Assembly: GCA_934254925.1 (NCBI GenBank)
Contig: CAKQMD010000002.1
Coordinates: 17,841-81,840 of the forward strand
Reading direction: 5' to 3'
Source: an uncultured Alphaproteobacteria bacterium
Lineage (GTDB): Bacteria; Pseudomonadota; Alphaproteobacteria; RF32; CAG-239
DNA length: 64,000 bases
The notes below the pieces were generated by a model that worked only from the letters and a program-made list of their open reading frames with translations, was not told the origin of the DNA and made no database searches. The position numbers were made by a program, and so were the translations under genes. This document shows, in pieces, positions 58,952-64,000 of the stretch. Each line of letters begins with the position of its first letter. Position 1 is the stretch's first letter.

Positions 58952-59440
58952 ATGGAAAAAATCAAGCATTATTGGCAGTTCTTGCTGCAGAAACTGAAAG
59001 CCCTGAAAGGAACTCCTTATTCAATTGCGGCGGGAGCGGCCTGCGGGGTGGCGATTTCTTTTACGCCTTTTGTCGGTTTTCATCTGGTGCTTGCGGTGAT
59101 TACCGCCTGGATTATTCGCGGCAATGTTTTAGCAGCCGCCATTGGTACGGCGGCGGGAAACCCATGGACTTTTCCGTTTATTTGGCTTTCGGTGTTGTAT
59201 ACCGGGCGTTATTTGTCGGGGGCCGAAGCGGCACATGGCGTTCGGATTGATTTTCTGCATTTTTTCGACAAGGCTTTTCACGCATTGCTTGATTTTGACT
59301 TTTCCTTGTTTGTTACGGATATTTGGCCGATCCTGCAGCCGATGATGATTGGTTGTATACCATATTATATTTTAGCTTGGCTTCTCACATATTATCTGGT
59401 AAAAAAGGCGTTAGAGAAATTCGGTGGCAAAAAAAAGTAA
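58952..59440 (+). CDS. DUF2062 family membrane protein
   Basis: The 162-aa ORF shows the typical GxP-rich TM pattern of DUF2062. Confidence 0.55.
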   Translation: MEKIKHYWQFLLQKLKALKGTPYSIAAGAACGVAISFTPFVGFHLVLAVITAWIIRGNVLAAAIGTAAGNPWTFPFIWLSVLYTGRYLSGAEAAHGVRIDFLHFFDKAFHALLDFDFSLFVTDIWPILQPMMIGCIPYYILAWLLTYYLVKKALEKFGGKKK

Positions 59441-59453
59441 CGGAAGGGTGAAA

Positions 59454-59855
59454 ATGATTGTGGGGCTGGGCAATGATTTGGCCAATATAAAGAGAATCGA
59501 GGCAACGCTTGAACGTTTCGGCGAACGTTTTGTTCGCCGTTTGCTCTCGGAGGAGGAACAGCAGGAAATTCGGCGGAGGGAGAAGATTTCTTTTCGCGAA
59601 TATGCTTGTGCCGTGGCGAAGCGTTTTGCTGCCAAGGAGGCTTGCTCCAAGGCCTTGGGGACAGGAATCCGGCAAGGGACTTTTTGGCGCGACATGCAGC
59701 TGTTGCATCAACCGGGCGGCAAACCGGAACTGAAGCTCAGCGGCGGTGCTTTGCGTCATTTGCAGCGTCTGTGTCCGGGAAAGGCGAATCTTGTGCTGAC
59801 GCTGACGGATGATTATCCTTGGGCGCAAGCGGTGGTAATTATTGAAAGTTTGTAG
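59454..59855 (+). CDS. acpS: Holo-[acyl-carrier-protein] synthase
   Basis: The N-terminus reads MIVGLGNDLANIKRIE. The ATG at 59454 is preferred over the upstream start. Confidence 0.8.
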   Translation: MIVGLGNDLANIKRIEATLERFGERFVRRLLSEEEQQEIRRREKISFREYACAVAKRFAAKEACSKALGTGIRQGTFWRDMQLLHQPGGKPELKLSGGALRHLQRLCPGKANLVLTLTDDYPWAQAVVIIESL

Positions 59856-59925
59856 TTGAATTAATCAAAATAATGTATACTATGACAAAGGATTTTGAAA
59901 CTATTGCGATGAAAGAAGTGTACTG

Positions 59926-60654
59926 ATGGAGAAAGACGAGAGCATTTGGGATACCGTAAGGACAATTATTTATGCATTTTTGATTGCTTTTTTAATTCGT
60001 ACCTTTTGGGTGGAACCATTTAAAATCCCTTCCGGATCAATGTATCCGACGCTTTATGTCGGGGATTTTCTGTTCGTTTCCAAATATACCTACGGCTATT
60101 CCAAATATTCGATGCCGCTCAGCTTGCCGATTTTTGACGGACGCATTTGGGAAGACGCGCCGGAGCGCGGTGACGTGGTGGTTTTTAAATTTCCGCAAGA
60201 CAACAAGACGGATTTCATCAAAAGGGTTATCGGTATGCCCGGGGACAAGATTAAAATGGAGGAAGGACGGCTTTATATCAACGGCGAGGTTGTGCCGCGC
60301 GAGCAAATCGAAGATTTTGTCATGCGGGACAAGTTTGGCAATGCCGAACGTTATCGGCAGTATGTTGAGACACTTCCTAACGGCAAAAAACATCGTATTT
60401 TGGAGATTTCTGATCATGAAGCCAATGATAATATGCAGGAAGTGGAAATTCCCAAAGATAGTTATTTTGTGATGGGCGATAACCGCGACCGTTCGGCCGA
60501 CAGCCGCGTCAATGTCGGTTTTGTGCCGTCGGAAAACCTTATCGGCAAAGCCCGCTTCCTGTTTTTCTCGCATGATCCGGACGAACCGTGGTATAAACCT
60601 TGGGGTTGGCCCAAGAAAATTCGCTGGTCGCGTTTTTTTGAGACAATTTCTTAA
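59926..60654 (+). CDS. lepB: Signal peptidase I
   Basis: The S26 motifs GSMYPTL (Ser box), the Lys box region, and GDNRDRSADSR are present. Confidence 0.9.
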   Translation: MEKDESIWDTVRTIIYAFLIAFLIRTFWVEPFKIPSGSMYPTLYVGDFLFVSKYTYGYSKYSMPLSLPIFDGRIWEDAPERGDVVVFKFPQDNKTDFIKRVIGMPGDKIKMEEGRLYINGEVVPREQIEDFVMRDKFGNAERYRQYVETLPNGKKHRILEISDHEANDNMQEVEIPKDSYFVMGDNRDRSADSRVNVGFVPSENLIGKARFLFFSHDPDEPWYKPWGWPKKIRWSRFFETIS

Positions 60655-60685
60655 AAAAGGCATTTAGCCGATGCCGGAGTGACAA

Positions 60686-61348
60686 ATGGAACATATTATC
60701 AAAAATTTGGGGTATCATTTTAAAGACCGTTCGATTTTGACGAAGGCGTTGACGCACAGCAGCCATACCACCGATGTTACCCGTAATTATGAACGCTTGG
60801 AGTTTTTGGGTGATCGGGTTTTAGGGGTGGCGATTGCCTCACTGTTGTATCGGATTTTTCCCGAGGAACCGGAAGGGAGCCTTTCCCAGCGTTTTGTCGG
60901 TTTGGTCAACAAAGATACCGTGGCCATGGTGGCGCGACAGTTGAAGCTGGATCATGTGATGATTGTGGCCAATGAGGAAATTCGCTGCAACGAGAATGTG
61001 CTTTGTGACGTGTGTGAGGCGTTGATCGGTGCCATTTTTATCGACGGCGGTTGCGAAGAGGCGGTGAATTTTGTGAATTTGCATTGGCGGGATCTGATTG
61101 ACAAGAATATGGCTCCGCCGAAAGATCCGAAGTCTACGCTGCAGGAAATTGCCCATGTCAAGGGGTTCAACGCGCCGGTGTACAAGCTGTTGTCGCGAGA
61201 GGGAAGCGAACATGAGCCGATTTTTCATATTGCAGTTTCTTTAAACGGCGTCGAACCGGAGGTCGGGATCGGGCATAACAAGAAAATGGCCGAGTTTGAT
61301 GCGGCGACCAAAATGCTGAACAAGATCGGATTTGACTATGAAGGATAA
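60686..61348 (+). CDS. rnc: Ribonuclease III
   Basis: The signature ERLEFLGDRVL and a C-terminal dsRBD are present. Confidence 0.9.
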   Translation: MEHIIKNLGYHFKDRSILTKALTHSSHTTDVTRNYERLEFLGDRVLGVAIASLLYRIFPEEPEGSLSQRFVGLVNKDTVAMVARQLKLDHVMIVANEEIRCNENVLCDVCEALIGAIFIDGGCEEAVNFVNLHWRDLIDKNMAPPKDPKSTLQEIAHVKGFNAPVYKLLSREGSEHEPIFHIAVSLNGVEPEVGIGHNKKMAEFDAATKMLNKIGFDYEG

Positions 61349-62243
61349 TCAGCCGAGCAGATGCGGATTTGTTGCTTTAATCGGGGCGCCTAATGCCGGG
61401 AAATCTACCATAACCAACAACTTTGTCGGATCTAAGGTGTCCATCGTGTCGCCCAAGGTGCAAACAACGCGAACTTTGGTGCGCGGTATCGGCATTTATG
61501 AAAACACGCAGATTATTTTTGTAGACACGCCGGGAATTTTTAAGCCCAAAAGGCGTTTGGATCGCGCTATGGTGGCTTCGGCCTGGAACGGTGCCGGCGA
61601 TGCCGATATTGTGGTTTTGGTGGTGGATGCCAAACGCGGTTTTGACGATGAAACCCGTTCTATTGTCGCCCGTTTGAAGAAAAATAAAATCGAAGCGCTG
61701 TTGGTACTGAACAAAGTCGATTTGATCGTGAAGGAGAAGCTCTTGGGGCTCAGTGCGGAAATCAACGCCGCGGGGAACTTTAAAGAAACGTTCATGATCT
61801 CGGCTTTGACCGGACAAAACATTGACGACTTTTATCGTTATTTGGCGGAGCATCTGCCGGAAAGCCCTTGGTATTATCCCGAAGACCAGATCTCTGACAT
61901 GCCGTTGAAACTTTTGGCGGCGGAGATTGTGCGCGAGAAGCTGTTTTTGTTTTTACATCAGGAATTGCCTTATGCCTTGACTGTCGAACCGGAGCTTTGG
62001 GAGCGGCGTCAGGACGGTTCGGTGCGTGCGGAGCTTACGATTTATGTCGAGCGGGAAAGTCAAAAGGTCATCGTTTTGGGGCGCGGCGGTGGCATGATTA
62101 AAAAAATAGGTCAGGCGGCGCGGCAGGAGATTGAAGATTTGTTGGAGGAACGCGTTCACCTTTTCTTGTTTGTCAAAGTTCGGGAAAACTGGGGAGACGA
62201 CCCTGCCAGATACAGCTCCTGGGGACTTAACTTTAACGCTTAA
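61332..62243 (+). CDS. era: GTPase Era
   Basis: G1 GAPNAGKST, G3 DTPG and G4 NKVD are present, with a C-terminal KH domain. Confidence 0.9.
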   Translation: MTMKDNQPSRCGFVALIGAPNAGKSTITNNFVGSKVSIVSPKVQTTRTLVRGIGIYENTQIIFVDTPGIFKPKRRLDRAMVASAWNGAGDADIVVLVVDAKRGFDDETRSIVARLKKNKIEALLVLNKVDLIVKEKLLGLSAEINAAGNFKETFMISALTGQNIDDFYRYLAEHLPESPWYYPEDQISDMPLKLLAAEIVREKLFLFLHQELPYALTVEPELWERRQDGSVRAELTIYVERESQKVIVLGRGGGMIKKIGQAARQEIEDLLEERVHLFLFVKVRENWGDDPARYSSWGLNFNA

Positions 62244-62451
62244 GAGAAGAATTGTCGTTTTATGATAATAGTTTGGACAAAATGTAAAAAAAAGCTTGCG
62301 TGATTTAAATGCAGATGTTATAAAAAATAAATTTTTATCATGTATAAACAATATATTAATGTATCTTTTTTATCGTGTGTACAAATATTTTGATTATATG
62401 TTATTAGATATAACAGACTTAAAGGTATATTGATTTCTTTAAGAGGCATGT

Positions 62452-63579
62452 ATGGGGAATAATATTCCAATTTTAACATTACCGATTAAACCATCCTCTT
62501 ATGATAAAATAGGGATGTATTTAGCTCCTCTTTTTGCTAATTTTTTATCTAAAAAAGTAAATGGACAGTTTATTACATTTTTAAATTTATTAAATTCTTA
62601 TAAAGAACAAACAGAATATGTATCTCATCTTCTGAATAGATATAATGAGTTGGGAATAGCAGCTGATTGTATTTTAAGTGATGCTCAAATGAAAAATGTT
62701 TTGTTTGAGAAGATATATTCTCTAGCTCAACAATATCATATTTGTGCGGAGAAAAAAGAAATAGTGGTTTGTTCTTGTGGAAAGATAGATTGTTTAAAAG
62801 AGAGCTTGCAATCGCAAACAGGAAAAACCATTTATAAGAATAATGATGCTCCGATATGTCAATTTTGCCATGAAAGGTGTAAAATTATTGAAAAAGAAGT
62901 TCTTCTTTTTAAAGCTCCCCGATTTGATCTGAATAAATCTTTTTATTTTCCGACATTTTCAACAAAGGATTTTGTAGAGTTAAATTCTAAATTTCAGTAT
63001 AAGAAGATTTTAATTTCAAAACAACGAAATACAAATTTGCCATTTCAATATCAGGGAAAATTGTATAATCTAGATGTTGATTTTTTTTGGGCCAATTATA
63101 CAGCACTTTGGCCAGATAAGCAAAAAATAATCCTTGGAAGTCAACGTAGTATATATCCGTTGTTTTTGATTAATACATTGCAGAAACTTCATGATCCTGA
63201 ATGTGAGACTTTTTCGTTGCTTTTTCCTTATATTAAAAATAAATATAATGTTAATATTATGCAAGAACTTCGGTCGTTAGAAGATCGTAAAAAACAGGCT
63301 TTATATTTGTTGTATTCCGTAAAGTTTAAAGATAAAATATCTGTTTGGGATCCTAATGCATTGAATAATATTAAAAAACTTGATGAAAAAGATGTCGAAT
63401 ATATTTATCAAGTAATTCAACATACTCCTCAGATGTCAGAAGAAAAATCCTTTCGTGCAGAACTAATTGATGCAACTAATCAGCTGAATGTGCAGAAGAT
63501 AATTCAGGATATGAAAAGGGCTAAAAGTAAACTTCAAGTTTCTTCGTTTTTGCAAAATACCGGCAGTTGCCGCCGATAG
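62452..63579 (+). CDS. Hypothetical 375-aa protein with clustered Cys motifs, in an AT-rich island
   Basis: The region appears ~30% GC. The motifs CSCGKIDC...CQFCHERC suggest a Zn-binding module. No family is recognised. Confidence 0.5.
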   Translation: MGNNIPILTLPIKPSSYDKIGMYLAPLFANFLSKKVNGQFITFLNLLNSYKEQTEYVSHLLNRYNELGIAADCILSDAQMKNVLFEKIYSLAQQYHICAEKKEIVVCSCGKIDCLKESLQSQTGKTIYKNNDAPICQFCHERCKIIEKEVLLFKAPRFDLNKSFYFPTFSTKDFVELNSKFQYKKILISKQRNTNLPFQYQGKLYNLDVDFFWANYTALWPDKQKIILGSQRSIYPLFLINTLQKLHDPECETFSLLFPYIKNKYNVNIMQELRSLEDRKKQALYLLYSVKFKDKISVWDPNALNNIKKLDEKDVEYIYQVIQHTPQMSEEKSFRAELIDATNQLNVQKIIQDMKRAKSKLQVSSFLQNTGSCRR

Positions 63580-64000
63580 GCAATGTTAAAATGGGATTGG
63601 TATGGCCAAAGTCAAGTCCGTAGATGATTGGCAATTTTCCTAATTTAGGATTGTTATCAATGAATTTTTTTATTTTTTCTGCATTTATGCAAGACGATTT
63701 TTTAAAACGCCCGATTATAATTGCCTGTACGTCATTGAAAAAGGGCATTTGGGTTAATTGGGTCAGTTGTCGCTCAAAGAAGAAGTCCGGTCCGTTTCCT
63801 CCGTCCATTGTCCGTATATGGTCATCTTCTTCCAGCAATAAAACAATTTTTTCGGCTTGGGGGAAATATTGTGTTCCGCATAACAATGCAAAAGAGGACA
63901 GATTTCCACCGATTAATGTTCCGGCAAAGTCCTTGAGATTAAAATGCGACATATTTTCTTTTGGATAGTTTGTCAGCCATCTGTCATCACTCCAAGACTT
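63521..64000 (-). CDS. Peptidase S66 (LD-carboxypeptidase/MccF-like), C-terminal part; the N-terminus lies beyond the window end
   Basis: The C-terminal S66 region ...IIYGLDFGHTNPILTLPIG... includes the catalytic His. The ORF continues open to position 64000. Its 3' end overlaps the AT-rich gene by ~58 nt. Confidence 0.55.
   Translation of the reverse strand, partial: KSWSDDRWLTNYPKENMSHFNLKDFAGTLIGGNLSSFALLCGTQYFPQAEKIVLLLEEDDHIRTMDGGNGPDFFFERQLTQLTQMPFFNDVQAIIIGRFKKSSCINAEKIKKFIDNNPKLGKLPIIYGLDFGHTNPILTLPIGGNCRYFAKTKKLEVYF

Overview
This window reads as a 64-kb chromosomal segment of a Gram-negative alphaproteobacterium at roughly 50% GC. The lineage call rests on GcrA, HdaA, sigma-32 (RpoH), a CckA-like hybrid kinase, split flagellar loci (flhB-fliR-fliQ and motA-motB), opgGH, kdsB and rpoZ-spoT. 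Most of the window is housekeeping: glyQS, rluD-rpoH, pgm, dacC-SPOR, opgG/opgH, kdsB, sua5, pepA, nifJ-type PFOR, murI, relA/spoT and acpS-lepB-rnc-era. Three tRNAs are present: Gln-UUG, His-GUG and Gly-CCC. Accessory content interrupts this in several places. The main one is an eight-gene minus-strand operon (5312-13905) inserted between glyQS and rluD. It is built around an orphan VirD4/TraG-type coupling ATPase, with no VirB channel or relaxase genes anywhere in the window. The operon also encodes two paralogous membrane modules and two large acidic, low-complexity proteins. It ends in a small protein with an HNH-like motif followed, with an overlapping start, by a SUKH/SMI1-KNR4-like immunity-type protein. 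Other accessory content is: AT-rich islands at both window edges, one abutting the 3' end of tRNA-Gln; a duplicated palindromic tRNA-His 3'-end unit; a eukaryotic-like kinase or pseudokinase with a co-transcribed membrane partner; a frameshifted LD-carboxypeptidase beside tRNA-Gly; and a second S66 peptidase next to an AT-rich Cys-motif protein. All calls are made by eye from the sequence and ORF translations. No database searches or computed statistics were run.
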